Counted from the first letter of the whole stretch, positions 10,240 to 19,479 are shown. The stretch: 54,344 bases of DNA, filler included, from Candidatus Zhuqueibacterota bacterium (GCA_016783505.1; 3 parts of 3 records of this genome joined end to end with filler, not necessarily neighbours in it), one strand, 5' to 3'. A program made the numbers and translations. The notes: generated by a model not told the origin, from the letters alone.

Positions 10240-10253
10240 TGACTAACCAGTCA
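10240..10253. promoter_or_regulatory. Probable TetR operator
   Basis: Palindrome TGACT-AACC-AGTCA over the predicted transcription start. Confidence 0.7.
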
Positions 10254-10286
10254 GTAACTAACTGAGGCGTCATAGAAGGAGCGAAT

Positions 10287-10901
10287 ATGACTACTTTGGA
10301 TAGAAGGGAAAGGGAGAGGGCAAGCCGCAGACAGGAGATCCTGAATGCGGCCAAGATGCTTTTTGCCCAAAAGGATTTTCACGAAGCTACTCTGGATGAC
10401 ATCGCCGAGGCCGCCGAGCTTTCCAAGGGGACAATCTATCTTTATTTCAAAAATAAGGATGATCTGTTTTTCTCGTTAATGGAAAACCATATTATCGGCT
10501 TGATAGAATTAATGAGGGAAACCCTGCAGAAATACGGAGATATTGATACCCTCATATTAAAGGTGATCGAAACCCACCTGGGGTATTTTGAAAAAAACAA
10601 TGACATTTTCAAGATTATTCATACAGAGAGGGGACGGTTTGAAGTGAATATTAAAAATGAATTTAGAAAGAAGATGATCAACAAATTTTTAGGTTATATT
10701 GACTTGTTGGAAAAGGTTATAGAGGATAACCGGGGAAGTGGATTCTTTAAGGATTACGATTCCAAGTCCATCGTTTTGGCCTTGATTGGAATGATTAACT
10801 CCTTTACTACCCAATGGATTATGGGGGGACAGCGGGGCTCTCTTAAAACGAAATCCGGGATGATCTATGATATTTTTCTGCACGGAACAAAAAAGCAGTA
10901 A
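10287..10901 (+). CDS. TetR/AcrR-family regulator
   Basis: [30 protein letters not shown]. Confidence 0.95.
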   Translation: MTTLDRRERERASRRQEILNAAKMLFAQKDFHEATLDDIAEAAELSKGTIYLYFKNKDDLFFSLMENHIIGLIELMRETLQKYGDIDTLILKVIETHLGYFEKNNDIFKIIHTERGRFEVNIKNEFRKKMINKFLGYIDLLEKVIEDNRGSGFFKDYDSKSIVLALIGMINSFTTQWIMGGQRGSLKTKSGMIYDIFLHGTKKQ

Positions 10902-11012
10902 TCATAAAATGCTGGAATCGGTCAGGTGCCAGACTGATTTTTCCTTTGTGCCTTGGTGGCTGAAAAATTTAAAAAAGAACCCTGAAAATCAGGGTAAATG
11001 TAAGGAGGGGAT

Positions 11013-12338
11013 ATGAGAAAACTCATTCTTATAACTGTTCTAGTCCTGATTTACGGATCCAAAGGTTTGGGGGCAGATGGGATAGAACTAACCCTGGAAG
11101 AGAGCATCAGTATCGCATTGGAAAAGAACAAATCCCTGGCCGTGGCTAGGGAAAGACTTCTGGAGAGCCAGGCTAAGGTGGGGGAGGCCTGGACCAATTT
11201 CCTCCCCAAACTGAGCAGTCGGGCCAGTTATACCCGCCTGGATGTAGTGCCCTATATGTCTATGAAAAAGTTTCCCATTCCCGGAATGCCAGCGGAGACG
11301 TTTCCACGCAAGATTGAGATAGGAGACGACGATATTTACAATACCACAATTTCAGTCCAGCAGCCCCTGTTTACCGGGTTCAGCATTATGAACGGGTATA
11401 GAATCTCCCAACTCGGAGGGGAGGCGGAATGGTCGAACTTTACAAAAACGGAAAATGAGTTGAAATTTTATGTAAAGAGGGCTTACTTCGGACTGCTTAA
11501 AGCGGAGGAGTTCGCCCGGGTGAGCGAGGAAGCCGTAAAGCAGATGGAGGCCCACGTCCAGGACCTGGAGAACATGTATGCCGCCGGGTTAGTGGCCAAA
11601 AATGATCTGTTGAAAGGGAAGGTACAACTTTCCAATGTCAGGTTGATGAGGGTGAGAGCCCACAATGGGGTTAAGCTCACCCGGGCCGGCTTCCTGAACG
11701 TTCTGGGGCTGCCCCTGAACCGAGGGGTTAAGTTAAAGGAAGAACTACGTTTTGAACCCGCCGAAAGGATTGATCTGGAGGATAATATCAATCGAGCCGT
11801 GAAAAACCGCCCGGAGGTCGAGGCGATGGGCTATTCTTTAGAGATCGGGGAAAAATTGGTATCGCTCAGCCGTGCAAAATATCTTCCCAATGTATTTATG
11901 ATTGGAAATTACGACTATAAGCGCCCCAACCGAGAATATGAGCCTAAATTTTATGGAAGCTGGAACATTGTCCTGGTGGCCCAGTTCAACATATTTGACT
12001 GGGGAGCCATTCACCAACAGACGGCCCAGGCCAAGCACCGTTACAATCAGCTCCGGGAAGGGATGGAACAACTGAAGGATGGGATAACGCTGGAAGTGAC
12101 CCAGGCTTACCTTTCCCTGACGGAAGCACAAAAGATGGTGGAAATCTCCCGGGAGAATATCGCCCAAGCAGAGGAGAACTACCGGGTGACCGACGAGAAA
12201 TTCAAGCAGGGAGCCGCCACCAACACCGACCTTTTGGATGCCAATACCCTGCTCACCCAGGCAAAGATGGATTATGTGGCGGCGCTGGCCGATTACCAAA
12301 TTGCCCGGGCCCAGCTCGAACTGGCTATGGGTAAATGA
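11013..12338 (+). CDS. TolC-family outer-membrane efflux protein
   Basis: LTLEESISIALEKN, QPLFTG, duplicated OEP halves. Confidence 0.9.
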   Translation: MRKLILITVLVLIYGSKGLGADGIELTLEESISIALEKNKSLAVARERLLESQAKVGEAWTNFLPKLSSRASYTRLDVVPYMSMKKFPIPGMPAETFPRKIEIGDDDIYNTTISVQQPLFTGFSIMNGYRISQLGGEAEWSNFTKTENELKFYVKRAYFGLLKAEEFARVSEEAVKQMEAHVQDLENMYAAGLVAKNDLLKGKVQLSNVRLMRVRAHNGVKLTRAGFLNVLGLPLNRGVKLKEELRFEPAERIDLEDNINRAVKNRPEVEAMGYSLEIGEKLVSLSRAKYLPNVFMIGNYDYKRPNREYEPKFYGSWNIVLVAQFNIFDWGAIHQQTAQAKHRYNQLREGMEQLKDGITLEVTQAYLSLTEAQKMVEISRENIAQAEENYRVTDEKFKQGAATNTDLLDANTLLTQAKMDYVAALADYQIARAQLELAMGK

Positions 12339-12411
12339 AAAAATTTCAAAGAGTTCAAAAATTGCCTTAATTTCAAAAATTATTTTTCAACAATTAACTG
12401 TCTAGTCCAAC

Positions 12412-13023
12412 ATGAGTTATCAGACTGCATTTTTAACATTGGATTGGAGATGGATCGGGCTTTCAGCCCTTCTTTTTGGGTTGGGGACGGCGCTGGCGTT
12501 TCCTGTTTTTAAACGTCAGGTTCAGCCCTTACTGTTTTACCCTTTATGGGTCTGGAAACTGCTGGAAAAATATTTGGTTCCCCTGAGAAGATTCTGGCAC
12601 CTCTTCCTAGTAATCTTCGGGATAAATTCATTTTCTCTTTTCGTCAATCTGCTTTCCGGTTTTGGGGTGTTATTACCCCTGGTATTCGCCATGCTTTTAG
12701 GCATCCATGTTGGGGTGATCGCGCTGAAAATCGCCGGTGGGGAGTCCTTTACAGCCCTGTTTATCAATCCGGTAGCCCTGTTCGAACTGCCCGCCTCATG
12801 GATCAGCTTGTCCCTGGGGATGAAGTTGGGGTACCATTTGTATAAAAACCCTGATTGGGGGGAGGGATGGTCCCATTTCCTGACCTATCTGGAAACCTAT
12901 GTCTTGATCATTCTACCCCTGCTTTTCATCGCCGGCCTCATCGAAGCGGGGATGATTCGTGCCATGGGGCGGAGGTTTGAAGACGGGGAAGTGCAAGGAG
13001 TAGTGGGGAACAAAAAGAGTTAA
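12412..13023 (+). CDS. SpoIIM-family membrane protein
   Basis: Multi-TM; ALFELPA..LFIAGLIEA motifs. Confidence 0.65.
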   Translation: MSYQTAFLTLDWRWIGLSALLFGLGTALAFPVFKRQVQPLLFYPLWVWKLLEKYLVPLRRFWHLFLVIFGINSFSLFVNLLSGFGVLLPLVFAMLLGIHVGVIALKIAGGESFTALFINPVALFELPASWISLSLGMKLGYHLYKNPDWGEGWSHFLTYLETYVLIILPLLFIAGLIEAGMIRAMGRRFEDGEVQGVVGNKKS

Positions 13024-13078
13024 AGGGCTAACGAACAAAAGTTCTCAAGACTAATAAAAAGTGCATCAATTCAGCCAC

Positions 13079-13310
13079 TCCCGAAATATCGGGATCACTT
13101 CGCGACAATTCACCAAAGTAAAAAGAAAAACGAATATGATAATTCTTAAATTTTGCTCTATTTCGATTCCCCCCTTTTTAAGGGGGGTTACCACGTAAGT
13201 GGTGGCTTACGCCAGGGGGGATTTTAAAATGCGTGGTTGAAAATATTTGTTTTCATTTGCAAAAATCCCCTTAAATCCATCCCGAAGCTTCGGGAGGTAC
13301 TTTGAGAAAG
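13079..13310. repeat. Cluster of REP-like palindromic elements
   Basis: TCCCGA-N4-TCGGGA at 13079-94 and 13280-95; CCCCCTTTTTTAAGGGGGG...GGGGGATT and AATCCCC arms. Confidence 0.6.
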
Positions 13311-13506
13311 ACTAAAAGATTCAGAAATAGGATTTAATGGTGAACTGTTATTAAAAAGTAAATAGAAGGCTGGAAAAGGCTGTTAGGGGTTTATGAGAAT
13401 TATTTTATTCACCGAAAAAGACAGGGTGAGGAACGATGTATCTTCTTCCGCTCCAGTTTTTTAAAAACTAAGGGTTTTTAGGCAGAAAAACAGAAGAGGT
13501 GAGACG

Positions 13507-14619
13507 ATGAAAACGATGATGGGAAAAGAAATACCCATTGTAGTTCTGCTGATTGGGTTGCTATTGGTCCTCGGTTGTAGCAGGGGGAATAAAGAATCCA
13601 ATGACTCTGAGGTCTTTGGGCTGACAGAGGTAAAGGTGGCGCCGGTAAAAATGGGTGAGATCAAAACCACCCTGTCCTTCCTAGGTGACATCAAAGCCTG
13701 GCGGGAGTTGAGCGTGGTTCCCGACATTCCGGGGAGGGTGGCCAGGATCTATGTGAAAGAGGGCGATGTGGTGGAAGAGGGGAGGTTGATGGCGGAGCTG
13801 GATACGCGCGGGGTACGGTTGCAATTAGAGCAGGCCCGAGCTGGCCTGGCGGTGGCCCAGGCCAATTTCAACGACGCCAAAAGGAACTGGGAGAGGATGA
13901 AAGAGCTCCATGAAAAGGGAACGATCTCACCCCAGGAGTATGAAAAGGTTCAACTGGGTTTGGCGGCTGCTGAAGCCCAGCTCCAGCAGGCCCGGTCGGG
14001 TCTGAATTTGGCCAAATATCAACTTGATATGTCTATTATGAGGGCCCCTTTTTCCGGAATCATAACCGACAAACTGATAAACGAGGGTGAGGTAATCAAT
14101 CCCCAGATGTCCGTGGGGCCCAAATCAGGGGTGGTAATGCTAATGGATATTTCCAGACTTAAGATTTTTATTGATGTGCCCGAGAGGGAAATTGGGAAAA
14201 TTACGTTAGAGGACCCGGCATTGGTGAGGGTCAAATCCTATCCCGATGAAGTATTCGATGGTAAAGTGAGTGTTATTAACCCGGCCGCTGATCCCCTCAG
14301 CCGATCCTTCTCCGTCCAGATTGAGGTGCCCAATCCCCAAGGTAAGCTTAAGGTGGGTACGTTCGCCAAGGTTGCCATCATTACTGAGCGACATGAAAAC
14401 ACCCTGATCGTTCCCCCTAAAGCGGTATTGAAAGGAAACGTCCTCTTTATTATGAAGGAAGATTCTACCGCTCAACGAAGGGAGGTTCAGGTTGGGCTGG
14501 AAGGGGAAGGGGGAATTGAAATTCTGGATGGGGTCAAGGCCGATGAATTGGTGATCATAGAGGGAAATTACGGCCTGGAGGACGGGGTCCGGGTGATACC
14601 CAAGCAAAAGATGGAATAA
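13507..14619 (+). CDS. RND efflux periplasmic adaptor (MFP), lipoprotein
   Basis: Lipobox VLGC; lipoyl/hairpin motifs (GRVARIYVKEGD, RAPFSG). Confidence 0.93.
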   Translation: MKTMMGKEIPIVVLLIGLLLVLGCSRGNKESNDSEVFGLTEVKVAPVKMGEIKTTLSFLGDIKAWRELSVVPDIPGRVARIYVKEGDVVEEGRLMAELDTRGVRLQLEQARAGLAVAQANFNDAKRNWERMKELHEKGTISPQEYEKVQLGLAAAEAQLQQARSGLNLAKYQLDMSIMRAPFSGIITDKLINEGEVINPQMSVGPKSGVVMLMDISRLKIFIDVPEREIGKITLEDPALVRVKSYPDEVFDGKVSVINPAADPLSRSFSVQIEVPNPQGKLKVGTFAKVAIITERHENTLIVPPKAVLKGNVLFIMKEDSTAQRREVQVGLEGEGGIEILDGVKADELVIIEGNYGLEDGVRVIPKQKME

Positions 14620-14712
14620 TGGAATTATGGAATAATGAACATAATATTTTTCGGCGATGGTTTATGTGAAGGAATTCCAGGTGTTTTCTTCTTGGTAACA
14701 GTTTACTCCGTT

Positions 14713-14816
14713 GTCATTCTTGCACTCTTTAAAGCAGGAATCCATTCAGTCCGGCGCCTGACCGATCTTTCTAATGTGGGTTTCCGATTATCCCGATACA
14801 TCGGGACGGGAATGAC
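14713..14816. repeat. GTCATTC...GAATGAC palindromic intergenic element with nested mini-palindromes
   Basis: Terminal inverted GTCATTC/GAATGAC, internal GGAATCCA; contains the 20-bp element at 14746-65 and TCCCGATACATCGGGA at 14791-806. Confidence 0.7.
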
Positions 14817-14885
14817 AAGATTACTAACTTTGTTATTAAGGAAATCAGAGAAGGATATTCTTCCTCTTTTAATAAGGAAATCGCT

Positions 14886-17800
14886 ATGAATTTACCCGAA
14901 TTTTCCGTGAACAAACGCGTGACGGTCACCATGCTGATCTCGATTGTGCTCGTCCTCGGAGGGATTGCCTTAAGCCGGTTGGGTCTGGACCTGCTGCCGG
15001 AGATAGACTATCCGGTGGTCTCTGTGTTGACCCAATATGCCGGCGTTTCTTCGGAGGATATTGAAAACATGATCACAAGGCCCATAGAGGAGGCGGTGAG
15101 CATAGTGAACCGGGTGAAATCCGTCAACTCGTTTTCCCAGGAGGGCGTGTCGGTGGTGATGGTCGAGTTCGAGTGGGGTACGAACCTCGATTTCGCGGCT
15201 CAGGACATCCGGGACGGGATCGGCTTGATCCGGGATTTTCTGCCGGAGGACGTCACGGAACCCCTGGTGGTCAAGTTCGATATCTCCATGATGCCCGTAA
15301 TGTTCTACGGGGTGACCGGGGAAGATATGAACACGCTTCAGCTCCGGCAGCTTTTGAAAGATGTGGTGAAGGGACGATTAGAGCGTCAGGAGGGCGTAGC
15401 CTCGGTGACGCTGATGGGCGGATTAGTGCGCGAAATCCAGGTGAGGGTAGACAAAGCAAAATTAGAGGCCAGAGCCCTCTCCTTGGAGCAGGTGGTTAAC
15501 GCCCTCCGGTTGGGAAACCTGAACCTGCCCGCAGGTCGAATTACTAAGGGATATATGGAATTCCTGGTGAGGTCCATGGGGGAATACCAGGCCATAGATG
15601 AGATCGCCAATACCATCGTGGGCATCGTCCCCGGAGGAGGAACGCCGATCTATCTGAAGGACATCGCAGAGGTGGCCGATGCCCACATGGAGGTTCGAAG
15701 CTACGGCAGAACGCAGAAGAGGAACAGCATTATACTCATGATCAGCAAGCAATCCGGGGCAAATACCCTCAAGGTGGGCAATAGGGTGAAAAAGGAGCTT
15801 GATGAGATCAAGCGGATCCTTCCTTCAAGCATTCACTTTCACCCCTTCTTCGATCAATCGGAGATCATCAGCAAGATCACCAGCCGAACGGGCGGCAATG
15901 CGGTGGTCGGGGGGGTGCTTGCGGTCTTGATGATCTTCTTTTTTCTGAGGAGCTGGCGGCCTACGTTGACGATCTCTTTAGCGATACCGCTCTCCATCAT
16001 CGCCACCTTTGTCGCCATGTATTTCGCTGGCTATACACTGAATCTGATGACCTTAGCGGGGCTGGCGTTGGGTGTAGGGATGTTAGTGGACAATGCCATT
16101 GTGGTGATCGAGAACATATTCCGCCATTTGGAGGAAGGTGAAGACCGGATTATGGCGGCCAAGGAGGGCGCTCGAGAGGTGGGGATGGCGATCACCGCTT
16201 CCACCCTGACCACTATGACGGTTTTTCTACCGATGGTATTCGCAAGCGGGATAGCGGGAAAGCTGTCCCGGGGGCTGGCCCTGACGATCTCCTTCGCCCT
16301 GTTCGCCTCCCTTTTCGTGGCGCTGACTTTGGTTCCTATGTTGGCCTCCATTATCTTCAAGAAACGAAGGAAGGAGGAGTATCGAAAGCGTTTCGGCGAG
16401 ACCCAGTTCGAGGGGATCAAGGAGCGATACCAGCGGTTCTTAAGCTGGTCGCTCTCCCACAGGAAGATCGTGTTGGGCATAACCGGAGGGGCTTTTTTGG
16501 TCAGCTTAGCTCTGATCCGCATTGTGGGAACAGAGTTTATGCCCGCATCGGATATGCCCTTCGTGGTTATGACGGTCGAGATGCCGATCGGCACCTCGCT
16601 TGAGGAGACCAACAGGGTCGTCGGGGAGATCGAGGACCTTTTGATGAACGAAGAAGGCGTTAAAACGGTCGGCGCCTTCGGGGGACTTTCCGATGCCACC
16701 AAGATGGATGTGGCCTTTGGAAGCAGTGAGGCGGGCGTCCACGTAGGGCAAGTATCGTCGAGGTTGACCGACAAGAAGGACAGAGCGCGCTCCAACGCCG
16801 AGATTATGGACGCCGTTCGTTCTAAGCTTCCAAGGGTGGAGGGAGCCAAGTTCGAGTTTATGGACATGGGCGGGCAGATGATGGGGGGAGGGGCGGAGGC
16901 TCCTGTGGAGATCAAGGTGTTCGGGAAGGATCTTGCCAGGTTGAAAGAGATCTCCGAGAGGATCGCCCATAAGATAGCCGGCATAGAGGGGATTCGAGAC
17001 CTCGATACCAGCTTAAGGGAGGGAAAGCCAGAGCTTCGGATCAGGATAGATAAGGAAATGGCGGGCAGGTATGGTCTGACCGTGGGGCAGGTGGCCGGGA
17101 CGATTCAGACGGCGATGCAGGGGAGGGTCGCCGGTCAATTGAGGAGCGGGGGAGACGAGTTTGACATCCGGGTCAAGTTCAGGGAAAGCGATCGCTCCAG
17201 CATCGAGGACATCGAGCATTTAACCGTTCTTACTCCCCTTGGGGTTCGTGTTCCCGTGAAGCAGATCGCGATGTTAGAGTCCGGGGAGGGTCCGGTCAAG
17301 ATCGAGCGGGAGAATCAGGCCCGGAGGGTGTCCGTAACCGCGAACGTGTTCGGCAGGGACCTGGGGAGTATCATGGCAGACGTCAGGAAAGCGGTGGCGC
17401 CGATTACGAGGGCATTTCCGTCTGGCTATTTTGTGGAGTTCGGCGGGGAGTACGAGCAGATGATGGAGACACTCGTCGTCTTAGGGGCCGCCTTAGCCTT
17501 GGCGATTCTGTTAGTCTATATGGTGATGGCCGCTCTGTTCGAATCCTTCACCCATCCCCTGGTGATTATGTTCACCATGCCGTTGGCTTTGATCGGCGTG
17601 GTCCTGATGTTGTTGATCACCGGGAGGACGATTTCCTTAGTTTCCCTTATGGGGGTGATCATGCTGGCCGGGATAGTAGTCAACAATGGGATCGTCCTGA
17701 TTGACTACGTCAATCAATTGCGGAGACGGGGAGTGGAGAGGCACGAGGCGTTGATACAGGCGGGGATGACGAGGCTACGTCCCATTTTGATCACCTCCGG

Positions 17801-18101
17801 GACGACGATCTTAGGCATGATCCCGATGGCGCTTTCGACCTCTGAGGGCGCGGAGATGCGGAGTCCCATAGCGCTGACCGTGATCGGGGGGTTGATTACG
17901 GCGACCGTGCTCACCTTAGTAATCATACCGGTGGTCTACAGCATCGTGGACAGGATCTCTTTTAAGGCCGCTGGAAAGATTAGAGGTATTCTCCACCGGG
18001 AGGAACGGCGGAGCGGGGAGGGCCGGAGAAAGAAACGGCAATCGGTTGATTTTGAGCAGAGATCGGGAAGGGATCGGAGGGAGAAAAAAGACTTGAAGTA
18101 A
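14886..18101 (+). CDS. AcrB/AcrD/AcrF-family RND permease
   Basis: 1071 aa; GMLVDNAIVVIENI, GIVVNNGIVLID and RLRPILIT motifs. Confidence 0.97.
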   Translation: MNLPEFSVNKRVTVTMLISIVLVLGGIALSRLGLDLLPEIDYPVVSVLTQYAGVSSEDIENMITRPIEEAVSIVNRVKSVNSFSQEGVSVVMVEFEWGTNLDFAAQDIRDGIGLIRDFLPEDVTEPLVVKFDISMMPVMFYGVTGEDMNTLQLRQLLKDVVKGRLERQEGVASVTLMGGLVREIQVRVDKAKLEARALSLEQVVNALRLGNLNLPAGRITKGYMEFLVRSMGEYQAIDEIANTIVGIVPGGGTPIYLKDIAEVADAHMEVRSYGRTQKRNSIILMISKQSGANTLKVGNRVKKELDEIKRILPSSIHFHPFFDQSEIISKITSRTGGNAVVGGVLAVLMIFFFLRSWRPTLTISLAIPLSIIATFVAMYFAGYTLNLMTLAGLALGVGMLVDNAIVVIENIFRHLEEGEDRIMAAKEGAREVGMAITASTLTTMTVFLPMVFASGIAGKLSRGLALTISFALFASLFVALTLVPMLASIIFKKRRKEEYRKRFGETQFEGIKERYQRFLSWSLSHRKIVLGITGGAFLVSLALIRIVGTEFMPASDMPFVVMTVEMPIGTSLEETNRVVGEIEDLLMNEEGVKTVGAFGGLSDATKMDVAFGSSEAGVHVGQVSSRLTDKKDRARSNAEIMDAVRSKLPRVEGAKFEFMDMGGQMMGGGAEAPVEIKVFGKDLARLKEISERIAHKIAGIEGIRDLDTSLREGKPELRIRIDKEMAGRYGLTVGQVAGTIQTAMQGRVAGQLRSGGDEFDIRVKFRESDRSSIEDIEHLTVLTPLGVRVPVKQIAMLESGEGPVKIERENQARRVSVTANVFGRDLGSIMADVRKAVAPITRAFPSGYFVEFGGEYEQMMETLVVLGAALALAILLVYMVMAALFESFTHPLVIMFTMPLALIGVVLMLLITGRTISLVSLMGVIMLAGIVVNNGIVLIDYVNQLRRRGVERHEALIQAGMTRLRPILITSGTTILGMIPMALSTSEGAEMRSPIALTVIGGLITATVLTLVIIPVVYSIVDRISFKAAGKIRGILHREERRSGEGRRKKRQSVDFEQRSGRDRREKKDLK

Positions 18102-18145
18102 ACAGTAACCAGTAAACAGTAACCAGTAAACAGTGATCAGTAGGC
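18097..18145 (+). repeat. Heptamer tandem repeat
   Basis: AGTAAAC/AGTAACC x5, then AGTGATC and AGTAGGC. Confidence 0.85.
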
Positions 18146-18246
18146 AAAGGGCAATTAGCGATGAGCGATGTACGAAAGAGGAAACCTTTCTTTATTATGT
18201 AAGCATCGTTATTGAATAAAGGGAAGTAAGATTGGGAACGAAGACG

Positions 18247-18299
18247 ATGGGACAGCGTCAGCAGGTGGCCCGGGATAATTTCATCTCGCTCATACGGAG
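18247..18299 (+). CDS. 5' start of a second CDP-alcohol phosphatidyltransferase copy (cut by linker)
   Basis: ATG-GQRQQVARDNFISLIR, near-identical to 9564-9617. Confidence 0.75.
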
Positions 18300-18399
18300 N
18301 NNNNNNNNNNNNNNNNNNNNNNNNNNNNNNNNNNNNNNNNNNNTTAATTAATTAANNNNNNNNNNNNNNNNNNNNNNNNNNNNNNNNNNNNNNNNNNNN
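18300..18399. other. Artificial contig linker
   Basis: N run containing the six-frame stop TTAATTAATTAA. Confidence 0.98.
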
Positions 18400-18686
18400 T
18401 TTTCTCCCTGGCAAAAGAGAATTCAAAGGCCAATGGCCGTATCGCCTTTCTCAATGCGGACTGGCGTGACTTTCAGGGCGTATCCGCGATGGAGGAAGAT
18501 CCAACACAGAGTATCTGCATTGATGATTATATCGGCCTCTTGAAGCGTGCCGGGTGGGAAATCACCCATATCATTGACGCTCCTCTGTCCACCCAGCGAT
18601 TTCAGCCAAAGATGGTGAGCCGGATGCAGAAAAACCGGACTCTCGGGATAGTTCGGCGTTCACTGATTATGGGGAGAAAGAAATAG
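18400..18686 (+). CDS. C-terminal fragment of a probable methyltransferase-like protein (5' part missing)
   Basis: Frame open from the linker: ..AKENSKANGRIAFLNADWRDF..YIGLLKRAGWEI.., resembling a Rossmann MTase C-terminus. Confidence 0.4.
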
Positions 18687-18866
18687 GGGAAAACCGCCTT
18701 TGTTTCACTGCCACGAGCGGCTATGTGGTAAAAGGTATCAGGATAAAGGATTTGAATGGCAGGAGTGCAGGCCTGCCCCCAAATCCACACATGGGCAGTT
18801 TGATAGCAGTATGATGGAAAAATTGCATTTTCCTTTCTATAACGAAGGTGGCCTCAAATAGGATTT

Positions 18867-18907
18867 TGTTACGGATTCATAACAGCCAGGGTTATTCAAT
18901 CATAACA
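18867..18907. promoter_or_regulatory. Tandem enhancer-like (bEBP UAS) palindromes
   Basis: TGTTA-CGGATTCA-TAACA (18867-84) and GGTTA-TTCAATCA-TAACA (18890-907), 23 bp apart, about 90-130 bp upstream of a sigma54 site. Confidence 0.65.
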
Positions 18908-18992
18908 AAATGGCCGGAATCTATAGCCTCTCTTAATTAGGAGTATAGGGCAACCATTTGTTATAATTGGAATTAGTATATCCATTAAAGTA

Positions 18993-19009
18993 TTGGCATC
19001 GCAGTTGCA
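18993..19009 (+). promoter_or_regulatory. Sigma54 (-24/-12) promoter
   Basis: TTGGCATCGCAGTTGCA = TGGCA-N6-TTGC (GG-N10-GC). Confidence 0.8.
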
Positions 19010-19066
19010 ATATGATATTAATTCCGCCAAAGACAAAAAGAACACAAATGGGGAAGGGACTCAATC

Positions 19067-19246
19067 ATGACTATCAATGGGCTGATTAAATCTACTAAAG
19101 ATAAGGCATTGATGGCCAAAATCCTGAATGATCCGGTCCAGACCTGCAAAGAATTAGGTGAGCCCGTGGACATCGGCTTCCTTGACAACCTGGGACTTCC
19201 GCTCTTCACTGAGTCTACGGTTATGCAAGGGGGATACCGACCCTGA
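19067..19246 (+). CDS. 59-aa peptide with NHLP/Nif11-like leader; candidate RiPP precursor (not in ORF track)
   Basis: RBS GGAAGGGA; MTINGLIKSTKDKALMAKILNDPVQTCKELGEPVDIGFLDNLGLPLFTESTVMQGGYRP. Confidence 0.65.
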   Translation: MTINGLIKSTKDKALMAKILNDPVQTCKELGEPVDIGFLDNLGLPLFTESTVMQGGYRP

Positions 19247-19305
19247 TGAAACGGCAATATCACATGAAGTTAGGCTCAATTGGGTAACTTATGGAGGTAA
19301 AAACT

Positions 19306-19479
19306 ATGTTCAATAACTACAAATACGAAAAACCCGCATTTATCGCGAAAAGGAGCACCGACGCCCTCACAGCAGCATTTGCCGGTGGTGGGTGGTTGCA
19401 TCTAAATGATCCCCATAGATCGGATAAAGCATCGCCTAAATATGATTTGACTGTGAAACGATATGAAAGACGAAATTAA
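19306..19479 (+). CDS. 57-aa peptide with YxxP leader motif; candidate RiPP precursor
   Basis: RBS GGAGGT; MFNNYKYEKPAFIAKRSTDALTAAFAGGGWLHLNDPHRSDKASPKYDLTVKRYERRN; overlaps the ATPase start. Confidence 0.65.
   Translation: MFNNYKYEKPAFIAKRSTDALTAAFAGGGWLHLNDPHRSDKASPKYDLTVKRYERRN

Noticed and set aside
14635-14889. 84-aa ORF between MFP and acrB
   Set aside because: Runs through palindromic repeat elements; likely spurious
16031-16984. 317-aa minus-strand ORF and the many other antisense ORFs in the track
   Set aside because: Shadows of well-supported plus-strand genes; no motifs
18097-18145. Possible CRISPR array
   Set aside because: 7-bp tandem units without spacers; no cas genes; no CRISPR-like array seen anywhere in the window
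18344-18355. TTAATTAATTAA palindrome inside N runs (also 36604-36615)
   Set aside because: Artificial six-frame stop linker, not biological
19018-19263. 81-aa minus-strand ORF
   Set aside because: Antisense to the RBS-supported 19067..19246 peptide that follows the sigma54 promoter
19306-19479. Lasso peptide cluster, suggested by the YxxP leader
   Set aside because: No asparagine-synthetase-like cyclase or transglutaminase-like peptidase present
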